From positions 4,736,001-4,800,000 of the forward strand of contig OZ244937.1 in NCBI GenBank assembly GCA_965222075.1: a DNA stretch of 64,000 nucleotides. The letters run 5' to 3'. The notes under the pieces were generated by a model, which was not told the origin of the DNA, made no database searches, and worked only from the letters and a program-made list of their open reading frames with translations. The position numbers were made by a program, and so were the translations under genes. Shown here piece after piece: positions 18,516 through 27,850 of the stretch; position 1 is the stretch's first letter; the number at the start of each line of letters is the position of its first letter. Origin of the DNA: Candidatus Latescibacterota bacterium (GTDB lineage: Bacteria > Latescibacterota > UBA2968 > GCA-2709665).

Positions 18516-20981
18516 TCACTTCCTGAATCCCCTCACCTTCTTCCGAATCTTCGCCTCAACATTGGCCGGCATCGGATGGACCGGAATCGGAGCGGAGGCA
18601 TCCGACTGGACCGACGCGGAGACAGGATCGTCCCCTAAGGTCACCTCAGCCACCAAACGCGGCCGCTTTGGAATATAAGCCTCTCGCTCCAGCAGGGCGT
18701 AAAGCAGAACCAGCGCCGCCTCTTTGTCCGGGATCGTCCCCTGCGTCCCACCATCGTCTCCCATAGGCGGCAGCGGCGCCCCCACGCACGAGGGGCACCC
18801 CTCCTCGCACCCGCACTCGGAGACCACCATCAAGCAAGCGGCGACCACTTCCTCCATCATCTCGTAAACTTTTTCGGAAAACCCGACCCCCCCCGGATGC
18901 CGGTCGTACACAAACAGGGTGGGACGCCCCGTATTCGAGCTGTCGATCGTCGTTCCAATATCCGTCACGTCACACATTGCAAATAAAGGGATGACCTCGG
19001 CCAGCACATTGGCAATCCCTTTCAACCCATCCGACGGCACCCGTCCAAACTCCCGGCAGCGGCGCAGCGCATCCGCAGGGGGAATCAACCAGCATCCTGC
19101 TGTATCCAGGGCGATCGAAGGGAGATCCAGATTTTCCCAGCCAATGCTGTCCCGATCCTCAAACTTCACCTTTTTGAACATCATCACCAAGGTCGAGACA
19201 GACACCTCGCCAAAACAGATCCGGCTCACCCGCCAGCCCGACTCCATCTCGGTCTCATTTACCCGAATCGTGGTCTTGTCAACTGCCTGGGTGTAGTAAT
19301 CCAGCCCCTGCTGGCTGACCCTGGCAACCTTTCGTTCCACATCCAGCACGTCCACAAAATAGGTCTGTGCATTGTGCATGTACACCGCATGGGTATGCAG
19401 CTGAAAAAAGGCGCTGATCTCATCCAGCGTCCCAATCACCTCCGGCCCGTCATCCCGTTCCACAACAATCGTATATGTCGGATCGCTGATGTTGCGCAGG
19501 CTCACCTCGGCCGCCGGATAGCCCGACCGGCTGTAGTACCAGCGTCCACCAATCTGCCTCGCCTGCCCCTCCTCCTCCAAGATCTCCAGCATGGCCCCGG
19601 TAAACTCCCCCACCATCTCCCCTTCTTCCCCCCGGACCGGCAGTTCCCGCAGGGCACACCGGAGGTGCCCTACCGCCACGTGGGGGTTGTTCGGATCGAT
19701 CGTCGCGTGTTCTGGAGACTGCCCGAAGAAGTAGCCCGGGTCGCGCATCAGGAACTGGTCGATAGGCGCATTGTGGGCAATAAAAACCGCCAGAGACTCA
19801 TCGGCCTTTCGTCCCGCACGCCCCGCCTGCTGCCACATACTGGCGATCGTTCCTGGATAGCCCACAACCAGAGCGGCATCCAGCCCCCCGATATCGATCC
19901 CCAGCTCCAGCGCATTGGTGCTGACCACCCCCAGCAGTTCCCCTTCAAACAGCATTCGCTCGATCTCCCGCCGCTCGGTGGGCAAGTACCCGCCCCGGTA
20001 AGCCCGGATCGCCCGGGCCAGTTTGGGCCCTACCCGCGAAAGATCCTCCTGGCAGTAGTGGTAAATGACCTCCGCAGTGGTCCGGGCGCGTACAAATGCA
20101 ATCGTCTGCACCCGCGCCTGAATCAGCGTTGTCAGCAGCCACCGGGCCTCCGTATTGGAACTGCGCCGGTCGCTGGTGCTCCCCTCTAAGAAGGGGGGAT
20201 TCCAGAAAACGAAACGCCGCGCCCCACGGGGCGACCCGTCGTTGTCAACCAGCGCCATCCCCCGCCCGGTCAGGCCCTCGGCCAGCTCCTTGGGATTGGC
20301 AATGGTGGCCGAACTACAAACAAACTGAGGGTCGGCGCCGTAATGCACGCAGATTCGGCTCAACCGGCGGATCACATTGGCCACATGGGACCCGAACACC
20401 CCCCGGTAGGTGTGCACCTCATCCAGGACCACATAGCGGAGATTCTGAAAAAACCGCGCCCAGCGAGGATGGTTGGGCAAAATGCCCTGGTGTAGCATAT
20501 CGGGATTTGTAAGAATCACCCGCCCCTCTTCCCGAAGCCGCCGGCGCAGATTGGGCGGAGTATCTCCATCATATGTTCCCGACATAAATTGCAGCGCCGG
20601 GGCCATTTCTCCGAACCGGAGCAGCCCCCGGGCCTGATCCTGCGCCAGCGCCTTGGTGGGAAAGAGATAGAGAGCCGTGGCTTCCCCATTTAAAATGAGC
20701 GCCTCCAGCGTGGGAATCTGGTAACAGAGGGTCTTTCCGCTGGCCGTGGACGTAACCACCGTTACGTGCGCGCCGCCCCGCAGCGCGGTCAGCGCCTCTG
20801 CTTGGTGGGTGTAGAGCCGCTCGATGCCGAGTTGGCGGAGGGCATCGGTCACGGTCGGATGCAGATCCCCCTCAACACTGGCAAACCGGGGCTCTCGGAC
20901 GGGCATAGACTCAACATGAGCGATCTGCCCACCGTAGTCGTACGCGTTTCGGATCTGACTGAGAAACCGTGCAAAATCCAT
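18516..20981 (-). CDS. DEAD/DEAH-box helicase with C-terminal DUF1998 (MrfA/YprA/SftH/Hrq1 type)
   Basis: 'TASGKT', 'PTKALAQDQ', 'DEVHTYRGVFGS', 'SATIANP', 'TNALELGIDIG', 'QQAGRAGR', 'CGCEEGCPSC'. Confidence 0.93.
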   Translation of the reverse strand: MDFARFLSQIRNAYDYGGQIAHVESMPVREPRFASVEGDLHPTVTDALRQLGIERLYTHQAEALTALRGGAHVTVVTSTASGKTLCYQIPTLEALILNGEATALYLFPTKALAQDQARGLLRFGEMAPALQFMSGTYDGDTPPNLRRRLREEGRVILTNPDMLHQGILPNHPRWARFFQNLRYVVLDEVHTYRGVFGSHVANVIRRLSRICVHYGADPQFVCSSATIANPKELAEGLTGRGMALVDNDGSPRGARRFVFWNPPFLEGSTSDRRSSNTEARWLLTTLIQARVQTIAFVRARTTAEVIYHYCQEDLSRVGPKLARAIRAYRGGYLPTERREIERMLFEGELLGVVSTNALELGIDIGGLDAALVVGYPGTIASMWQQAGRAGRKADESLAVFIAHNAPIDQFLMRDPGYFFGQSPEHATIDPNNPHVAVGHLRCALRELPVRGEEGEMVGEFTGAMLEILEEEGQARQIGGRWYYSRSGYPAAEVSLRNISDPTYTIVVERDDGPEVIGTLDEISAFFQLHTHAVYMHNAQTYFVDVLDVERKVARVSQQGLDYYTQAVDKTTIRVNETEMESGWRVSRICFGEVSVSTLVMMFKKVKFEDRDSIGWENLDLPSIALDTAGCWLIPPADALRRCREFGRVPSDGLKGIANVLAEVIPLFAMCDVTDIGTTIDSSNTGRPTLFVYDRHPGGVGFSEKVYEMMEEVVAACLMVVSECGCEEGCPSCVGAPLPPMGDDGGTQGTIPDKEAALVLLYALLEREAYIPKRPRLVAEVTLGDDPVSASVQSDASAPIPVHPMPANVEAKIRKKVRGFRK

Positions 20982-21045
20982 GCAGGAGGCAAGAGAAAAA
21001 AGCGTGGAAAAGGCAGGAGGAGGCTGGGGAAAGCATCTATCACAC

Positions 21046-21074
21046 AATATAGTCGGAAGGCCCGCCCCGGTCAA
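21046..21074 (-). promoter_or_regulatory. sigma70-type promoter for helicase operon
   Basis: TTGACC-N17-TATATT on minus strand. Confidence 0.6.
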
Positions 21075-21081
21075 CTTATTT

Positions 21082-22083
21082 TCACAAGCATAAATTGCAC
21101 ATTGTCCATCCTCCCACCAGAAGGAGGCATCCAACTTTCAATTTCTTATATGCATCAAACACGATCTGCAAATCCCTTTTCGCCCTGGAGAAATCCGAAT
21201 AAGGCCTCCTGGACCTATCCCCCAGACAACGGAGAAAATCCTGGATCATCCCGTGATATCCCATCATGTCTTTAAATCCCGGGAAAAACAGCCCGGATCT
21301 CCCCTTTGCGTTTAAAAAAACGTAGATCCCGTTGTTCTCAAACGTAATGCTACCCTTTTTGCCCAGAATATGTGAATGCTGCAGGATGCCTTTCGTCAGG
21401 CTTCTTGTATTCCAGGAATATTCCAACGTTGCCCGCGAACCATCCGGATATGCCAGTGTGATAACCGAATGCCGCTCCGCTTCTCCTTTTTGACAATGGG
21501 GAAACCTGGCGCAGACGCTTTGGGGAGCACATGCAAAAAAATCGGAAAGCAGCGCCACGAAATGAATGCCCCCTTCCAGCAGTGCCCCATACCGGCTCTT
21601 CCAGCCCGAAGCGGCCTGGGTAAAAAGCTTCTTCACGGCAACAGATTCAATATCGCCGATAACATCATCCTGGATAAGCGCCTTTATTTTTGCCAGCGAC
21701 GGCTTGTAATAGTAATTTTCTGCAACCATTAAAAATCCGTCTGGCTTTCCTCTTAAAGCGCTTTCAACTTCATCGACCTCATCCTGCGAAACGCACATCG
21801 GCTTTTCAACCAGAACGGCCTTTCCCGCTTCTAAGGACTGAACGATCTGTTCCTTGTGAAATTCAGGGGGAGATGCAAGCACCACAGCGGTAATTTCGGA
21901 GGACGCCAAGACCTGGTCAAGACGGTCAAAAATACCACCTCCCCCAAATGCATGGTTAAATTTCTCGGCACTGCTCCTTGACCGGCTGTAGAAAAACAGA
22001 TCGACCAAACCGGACAGACGCCTGGCATGCACGCCGCCGATGGTTCCGCAACCGACCAGACAGATCTTTTCCACACGATTCAC
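21082..22083 (-). CDS. Gfo/Idh/MocA family oxidoreductase
   Basis: 'VGCGTIG' Rossmann motif, 'GKAVLVEKP', 'GALLEGGIH'. Confidence 0.9.
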   Translation of the reverse strand: MNRVEKICLVGCGTIGGVHARRLSGLVDLFFYSRSRSSAEKFNHAFGGGGIFDRLDQVLASSEITAVVLASPPEFHKEQIVQSLEAGKAVLVEKPMCVSQDEVDEVESALRGKPDGFLMVAENYYYKPSLAKIKALIQDDVIGDIESVAVKKLFTQAASGWKSRYGALLEGGIHFVALLSDFFACAPQSVCARFPHCQKGEAERHSVITLAYPDGSRATLEYSWNTRSLTKGILQHSHILGKKGSITFENNGIYVFLNAKGRSGLFFPGFKDMMGYHGMIQDFLRCLGDRSRRPYSDFSRAKRDLQIVFDAYKKLKVGCLLLVGGWTMCNLCL

Positions 22084-23582
22084 CCAAACGCGTCCTGTAT
22101 ATAATCCGCAACCCGCAGTGCATTGGCCGCAATCGTCAGGCTCGGATTAACCCCGCCCGGGGAGGGCATAAAACTCCCGTCCAGCACGAACAGATTGTCG
22201 ATTCCCCAGAAGAGGCAGTTTTTGTCTAAAACGCTTTCCTTTGGGTCATTCCCAAAACGCAGCGTCCCCACCGCATGGGAAAACGAATCCAGATTGTAAG
22301 CATAAGAGAGTATGCCTCCGGCCTGTTTCATAATCCTCTTGGCTTTATCCACCAGATAATCTCTGCGCTCACAGTCCCTGGACGAGTATTGGTGGACAAC
22401 TTTGACAATCTCCAAACCGTACACATCGATTTCTGATGACAGGCCGACCGCATTGTCAAAGCTTGGATCATCTTCCGCAATACAGAGCACGTTCTGGATA
22501 CATCTTTCCAGCAACGCCACCAGATGCTTAGCGCCTCTTGGCGCATAATGTTTCAATACGTTGGATGAAGGCGTGCGAAGATCCTGTATAATGCCCGTGG
22601 AACTGCCGTATTTTTTTCGGAAATCTTCATAAAAATCCGTCAGACAGACCTGTTTGTGAAACGTATTGTCCGGATTGGTCTGAAAAGGAAAAACCGTGGC
22701 GACAGTGGCATTGCAGTGCCGCATCAGAAATTTGCCGATGAACGTGTGGTTCTCATATTTCTCTAAGTGTGAGCGCAGCAAAATGGCCGGACTGTGGATT
22801 GCGCCTGCGCTGAGAACCACAACCGTCGCAGAAAGCTCGAACGTCCGTTTTGCGCTTTGGTCAATACACACTACGGAGGTAATTTTACCGTTTTTCTCGA
22901 CAAAGCGCTTAACAACAACATCCGGCATAATCTCAAAATCAAACGCCTGGGCCTTCCGTAAAATCGTCGTGGTCAAATCGTTCTTGGCTTCAATTTTACA
23001 GGGATGTCCGTCACAGGTAAGACACTTTATGCACACCGTTCTGGACGTATTGGTAAAATTGATTGCTAAAGGAATCTTAAAAGGCCTGTACCCCAGCTTG
23101 CGGGCTGCTCTGTCGATCCGAATGGCGGGCAGCGTGAGGTCTATGCTCTTAAACGGATAATCTGTTGAACGCGCCGGTTCGTAAATATCCTGTCCCGCTT
23201 CCCCATGAACCTCAAGCAGGTGTTCGGATTTACCGTAATACGGTTCCAGATTCGTATAACGGATCGGCCATGTCGCGAAATCATTTTCGCGCAACCTCAG
23301 CGATGCGCCGCCGTAAAAAACCGACATCCCCCCGACAACCTCATTCGGGTAAACCGCTTTAAAATCATTATCATTATACTGCTTAACAAAAATAGGAGAC
23401 TTACCCTTATATCTCTGCTTGAGGAGTATCCTTTCCTGGTCCCAGTCCAGGGCATCTCTCTTGGCCCGGTTTCCGCGCTCTACCAAAAGCGTTTTCAAAC
23501 CCGCTTTTGCAAGAGAATAGGCGGCGGCCGAGCCCCCAAACCCTGAGCCAACGATAATGGCATCAAACTGAGTTGACTTCAT
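22080..23582 (-). CDS. GMC family FAD oxidoreductase
   Basis: 'VGSGFGG', 'VGGMSVFYGG', 'C..C..C..HPC', 'LSAGAIHSP', 'SHAVGT.RFG', 'GVNPSLTIAANALR'; 4-bp overlap with the Gfo gene. Confidence 0.92.
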   Translation of the reverse strand: MKSTQFDAIIVGSGFGGSAAAYSLAKAGLKTLLVERGNRAKRDALDWDQERILLKQRYKGKSPIFVKQYNDNDFKAVYPNEVVGGMSVFYGGASLRLRENDFATWPIRYTNLEPYYGKSEHLLEVHGEAGQDIYEPARSTDYPFKSIDLTLPAIRIDRAARKLGYRPFKIPLAINFTNTSRTVCIKCLTCDGHPCKIEAKNDLTTTILRKAQAFDFEIMPDVVVKRFVEKNGKITSVVCIDQSAKRTFELSATVVVLSAGAIHSPAILLRSHLEKYENHTFIGKFLMRHCNATVATVFPFQTNPDNTFHKQVCLTDFYEDFRKKYGSSTGIIQDLRTPSSNVLKHYAPRGAKHLVALLERCIQNVLCIAEDDPSFDNAVGLSSEIDVYGLEIVKVVHQYSSRDCERRDYLVDKAKRIMKQAGGILSYAYNLDSFSHAVGTLRFGNDPKESVLDKNCLFWGIDNLFVLDGSFMPSPGGVNPSLTIAANALRVADYIQDAFG

Positions 23583-24363
23583 AGATATAGAGCACAATCA
23601 AACCTGCGATGATCACCCAGGCCAGGTAGTGAAATCTCTCGCGTGTGTCGATACACGCCTGAATCTTGGGCAAATCGGGCTTGAATTTTCCGGATATGGT
23701 TCGCTGAACATACGTCTTGTAATATTCAACCAGAAATCTCTCCAGCCCGCCGTTCATATAAATCAGATAGCCCAGGGGGACGGGTGTCAGTGGGTTGTCC
23801 ACAAAGTAGAACAAAGGCGAACATACCGCCAGGACTAAGGCCGACCTTTGAAACTTCAACCACTTGAACCCTTCAAAGGGCGCGTCTTTATAAGCCCCGC
23901 CCAACCCCATGAGCAGTCCGGATAAATAAGCCGCAATCAGGAAATCGGTAAAGCTCTGCATCTTGAGGTCAATAAACAGCAAACAGAAAACACCGATAAT
24001 CAGAACCGCGCCGGCGCCGTATCTTAACAGATCGCTCCCTACATAATTCCCCAGAAATGTGATCCTCGAAGGGACGAAGTATTTGGACTGGTCTTCGGTT
24101 CTGAAAAACCCCTTGTAGAGTTCGGCGATAAACCGTTCAAGCCCCATAATCAGGAAAAAGATCTGGAACAGGCCCAACTTTGAAAAGCTGTCCTGAAAAA
24201 AGGGCAGGTAGTAAAGCAGAAGAAAAATGACAATGTGGAAATAGACGCTTCGGGGGAACGTCCTGAGTTTCAACCCTTCATAGGGCGAATCTTTGAAAGC
24301 GCCCCAAAAAGAGGTATACAGTCCGGAAACGATACTTAGGGTTAAGAGAATAAATAGATTCAT
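23563..24363 (-). CDS. Uncharacterised membrane protein with internal duplication
   Basis: Multiple hydrophobic segments; two copies of GA(F/Y)KD.P(Y/F)EG.K...F.RS ... GLERF..E.YK. Confidence 0.75.
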   Translation of the reverse strand: MNLFILLTLSIVSGLYTSFWGAFKDSPYEGLKLRTFPRSVYFHIVIFLLLYYLPFFQDSFSKLGLFQIFFLIMGLERFIAELYKGFFRTEDQSKYFVPSRITFLGNYVGSDLLRYGAGAVLIIGVFCLLFIDLKMQSFTDFLIAAYLSGLLMGLGGAYKDAPFEGFKWLKFQRSALVLAVCSPLFYFVDNPLTPVPLGYLIYMNGGLERFLVEYYKTYVQRTISGKFKPDLPKIQACIDTRERFHYLAWVIIAGLIVLYIYEVNSV

Positions 24364-24412
24364 GTTTTCAGGGACAAGACAAGATCCAAAGGCCTATAGA
24401 AATAGAGGTGAT

Positions 24413-24441
24413 AAAATAAAATTTCCACAGACAGGAGTCAA
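24413..24441 (-). promoter_or_regulatory. sigma70-type promoter for membrane protein-GMC-Gfo cassette
   Basis: TTGACT-N17-TATTTT on minus strand. Confidence 0.6.
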
Positions 24442-24448
24442 GGAGTAC

Positions 24449-24484
24449 AAAAAAACAGAACGTGCAAATAAACAGCACATTCTG
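24449..24484 (-). terminator. Intrinsic terminator after MMPL gene
   Basis: Minus strand CAGAATGTGC-N9-GCACGTTCTG followed by T7. Confidence 0.75.
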
Positions 24485-24639
24485 CCATCCAAGTAGGACC
24501 GGTGAAGTATTTGATAAGCCGTCTGAACCAGAGAGAGTGTCATTTGGAGATGCTGGCCATTTACACGGTTCGGTTTATACTCTCGAACCAGAATCTTCTA
24601 TCGGTCGTTGAATATTGCCATGACACCCAATCTGCAATC

Positions 24640-27105
24640 CTAATCCACAGCCTGGACAGCCTGTTCTTGGGCCTCCCCGTACCTTGCCTGCTCCTTTCGG
24701 CTTCGGATATCCTCCAGAACCTGCAACAAAGCCGGAAGCACAACAACCGCCGCCACGAAACAGGTCAACAGGCCGATGAGTGCCAGCTTTCCGATCGAAT
24801 TCAACCCCGGATGTGTGGCCATCGTCAGCCCGAAAAATCCGACCATCGTCGTGAGCATGGAGACCAGCATGGCGCCGCCGGTACTCTTGAGGATCAGCGG
24901 TATCGACTGGGCGCCCTCTTCCCGATACCGGTGGTAGAGATGTACGCCGTTGTCGATTCCCATTCCCATAATAGTTGGCAGGGCCACCATATTGTAGAAA
25001 TTCAGCTTCATGTCCGTCAAATACATCGTCCCGCACATCCAGACCGCCCCGCAGACCAGTGGCAGCACCACAAGCAGGGCCTCCCGGAGGCCCCGGAAAT
25101 CAATGACGACAATCAGAAAGACCACCACCAGCGTGATGCTAATCGCCCACTTGCTGTCCCGCAGCATGAGCCGCAGCATATCCGCAAAAACAATACTCGG
25201 ACTGGAGGAATAGAACGTCTTACCCGACGTCGTCCGGATTTCCTCGGAATCGTCGGCAAAGGCCATCGCCTTTTTTCCGTCCCTGAGCTGCACCTTCGGA
25301 TAGATAAAGGCAAAATGCGCCCGGCTGCCATCTACCGTAGAGAACTTGCGCAGGATATTTTTCGGCAGATCGTCTATGGACAGCGCCTCTACACCCAGCA
25401 GTTCGCGCAAATCGTCCAGCCGTTTTTTTTGCTCCCCCTTGATCAGCTTGGCGCCCTCCCCATCGGCCAGTTCCCGGATCTCTCCAATAACCGCAAGTTT
25501 CTCACCCTGCTGCTTGGGGATCGCAGACCAGAGCGTTTTGATTTTATCGATCGTCGGTGTCGGATCGTCCGAAGCAATCTTGGCTTCCACTGCCGTTACA
25601 ATCTCACCCAGCTCCTCTTCGCTGTTGGCCAACACCACGCTGGGGGATTGGGATTCCTGATTAAACTGCGAAATCGTACTGATTTTATTCTTCACCGCCC
25701 TTGAGGCCGGCAGATTCGACCTCAAATTGGTAAAATCGTATTCAAACGAGATCCGGTGTAGATTGGCCCCCAAGTAGACCGTAACAGCCACCCCCGCAGC
25801 CAAAACCAGCCGGGCCATCGGGAACCGCCCCCGATGGCTGCCCCAGGCATGCCCCCAGACCGGGCGCATCCGGATCAGCCCCAGCTTCTTGTCCGCAAGC
25901 ACAAGAAAGGCCGGAAGGACGGTAGTCATGGACACCAGCGACATCAAAATCCCCGTCCCTACAATAAATCCGAACTCAGAAAACCCTTTAAAGTCGGTAA
26001 TGGTAAGCGAATAGAAAGCCATTGAAGTGGTCAATGCCGCGGTCAAAATGGCCTGGCCCGTCTGCTTGAGCGTCGTTTCGATGGCCAGCAGGACATCCAT
26101 CCGGGCAATCCGGTCTTCTAAGTACCGGGCAAACATGTGGATGCCAAAGTCGACCCCCAGCCCGAACAGGATGACAAACAGAAAGCCGGTCATCGTATTT
26201 AGATTGCCGATCACCCAGTAGGTAATCGTAAAGGCCCAGAACAATCCCATTGTCAGGGGAAGGGCCACAAAAAAAACCGCCAGGGGTTGACGGAAATAAA
26301 GGGTTAAAAGAAGCACCACACCCACCACGCCGTAAATCAGCGTCGACTTGATATCGTTTAGAATAACGTTAAAGTCATCAATTTTATTCTTGAAAGTTCC
26401 CCCGTACTCGATCACCATGTCCGGGTGGTAGGATTGGGGATGCAATTTGGTCACGGCCTGGCGTACGGCGTTATACATCTCCTTGCTAAACCCGATATTG
26501 CTCACTGTTCCCGCTGCCATTACTTCCAGAGCCAGAATCGTACTGTCCGTGTTTATATAATAGGGCTCCTCCGTCGTTTCCCCGTTCTCCTTGTATTTCG
26601 TTTCGATATCCGAAAAGTCGAGGCTCTCTTCACCATCCTCATCCAACTGGATGTAAAGGGGCGACAGCTTCGCCTTCTCCTGAATAATCCGCTCATCAAT
26701 CCGAAAGTGTATCTCCTCCAGATCTTCCAGGTCCATGTAGAGCAGGGCGTGATTCTTAAAAAAATCGATGTCCCGTTTATGGTCGACATAATTCACATAT
26801 TGCCCGTAGGCATCTCCCTCCAGCTCTCGAGCCAGGTCTTCGGCAAATCGTTTGGAACACTCGTAATCCTCACACTCCACCAGAACAATCAGGCTGCCTA
26901 CCCCGCCAACGCGCTCTTTGATGTCCTCTAAGGTTTTAATGCTATTGTAGTCTTTGGGTATCAGCGCAGCAATATCGGTCTCCAGCCGATAGACCAGACG
27001 GTAGACATAATAACTACAAAAAATGGTAAGTAAACTCGATAGAAAAATAATACTCAGATAGCGCCGATAGACAACTCTTGAAAGAAAACTGAACCAGGCC
27101 TGCAT
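24640..27105 (-). CDS. MMPL/RND family lipid transporter (HpnN-like)
   Basis: Two TM bundles with 'LFGLGVDFGIH' and 'MGMGIDNGVH', 'TAALTT'/'SMLTT', and large periplasmic loops. Confidence 0.9.
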   Translation of the reverse strand: MQAWFSFLSRVVYRRYLSIIFLSSLLTIFCSYYVYRLVYRLETDIAALIPKDYNSIKTLEDIKERVGGVGSLIVLVECEDYECSKRFAEDLARELEGDAYGQYVNYVDHKRDIDFFKNHALLYMDLEDLEEIHFRIDERIIQEKAKLSPLYIQLDEDGEESLDFSDIETKYKENGETTEEPYYINTDSTILALEVMAAGTVSNIGFSKEMYNAVRQAVTKLHPQSYHPDMVIEYGGTFKNKIDDFNVILNDIKSTLIYGVVGVVLLLTLYFRQPLAVFFVALPLTMGLFWAFTITYWVIGNLNTMTGFLFVILFGLGVDFGIHMFARYLEDRIARMDVLLAIETTLKQTGQAILTAALTTSMAFYSLTITDFKGFSEFGFIVGTGILMSLVSMTTVLPAFLVLADKKLGLIRMRPVWGHAWGSHRGRFPMARLVLAAGVAVTVYLGANLHRISFEYDFTNLRSNLPASRAVKNKISTISQFNQESQSPSVVLANSEEELGEIVTAVEAKIASDDPTPTIDKIKTLWSAIPKQQGEKLAVIGEIRELADGEGAKLIKGEQKKRLDDLRELLGVEALSIDDLPKNILRKFSTVDGSRAHFAFIYPKVQLRDGKKAMAFADDSEEIRTTSGKTFYSSSPSIVFADMLRLMLRDSKWAISITLVVVFLIVVIDFRGLREALLVVLPLVCGAVWMCGTMYLTDMKLNFYNMVALPTIMGMGIDNGVHLYHRYREEGAQSIPLILKSTGGAMLVSMLTTMVGFFGLTMATHPGLNSIGKLALIGLLTCFVAAVVVLPALLQVLEDIRSRKEQARYGEAQEQAVQAVD

Positions 27106-27115
27106 CGATTAATCC

Positions 27116-27736
27116 TTACCCTTTCCCGTCGTTACTTTTACAGCTCAACTTATTTTTCAGCTTCCGGACAAGAGATTCGTAGGAGTTCTTTCGAATCTCT
27201 TTATAAAACTGAGACCGGTTGTTCCGGGAAACCCGCAAATCGTCGATCACCATATCATAAATCAGCCATTTGCTATCCATCAGGTGAAATTTGTAGTCAA
27301 TCGTACTTTGCTCACTCTTGTAATACACCACCGTCTTTACGAGGGCATCCGCCCCATTCACCTCAGCACCAATATAATCAATTTTCTCGGATTTGGTATA
27401 AAGTTTCGGATCCGCGTAATTCTTCTGAATCAGGCGTCTGCACAGATCCGTGAACTCTGTCTGTTCCTCCTCGGTCCGTTCCTTCCAATAACGCCCCAAC
27501 GACAGTTCGCTGAACCGTCTAAAATTGAAGAGATCGCCGATGATCGCCTTCAACTGCTTCCGTTCGGCCTCGGTCTGCCCCTCCGTCTTGGAACGAACGA
27601 TCTCCTGGATCGAGCGGTCTCGGGCCTTCATCATCTCAAGCAGCGCCTCTGCCTGGCCCTCGTTCGACGCTGCCCCAACAGCCGCAGTGCCCCCTGCAAA
27701 AATCGCAAAAACAGCAAGTCTTCCAATCCACTTCAT
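27116..27736 (-). CDS. MlaC/Ttg2D-like periplasmic lipid-binding protein (HpnM-like)
   Basis: Signal peptide; 'FNFRRFSELSLGRYWKERT.EEQ.EF', 'IDYK...KWLIYDMVIDD...N.RSQF...I'. Confidence 0.85.
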   Translation of the reverse strand: MKWIGRLAVFAIFAGGTAAVGAASNEGQAEALLEMMKARDRSIQEIVRSKTEGQTEAERKQLKAIIGDLFNFRRFSELSLGRYWKERTEEEQTEFTDLCRRLIQKNYADPKLYTKSEKIDYIGAEVNGADALVKTVVYYKSEQSTIDYKFHLMDSKWLIYDMVIDDLRVSRNNRSQFYKEIRKNSYESLVRKLKNKLSCKSNDGKG

Positions 27737-27850
27737 GTCCGATTTCCTCATAATTTGTACGGACGTCAGAATCGCCACCCAACCTTGCTCCATAGGACTG
27801 TTGAAAGCAACAAAAGTTCCAGTAACCCCTTGGTCTATCCAAAGCCTCGA

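Noticed and set aside
18516-20981. DUF1998 helicase as part of a DISARM/Druantia/Dpd defence system
   Set aside because: Single fused MrfA/SftH-type repair helicase among housekeeping genes; no methylase, PLD or SNF2 partners
24534-24628. GTGTCAT/ATGACAC and GGTTCG/CGAACC inverted repeats after the MMPL gene as a riboswitch
   Set aside because: Short stems, no recognisable aptamer core, and the downstream cassette has its own promoter
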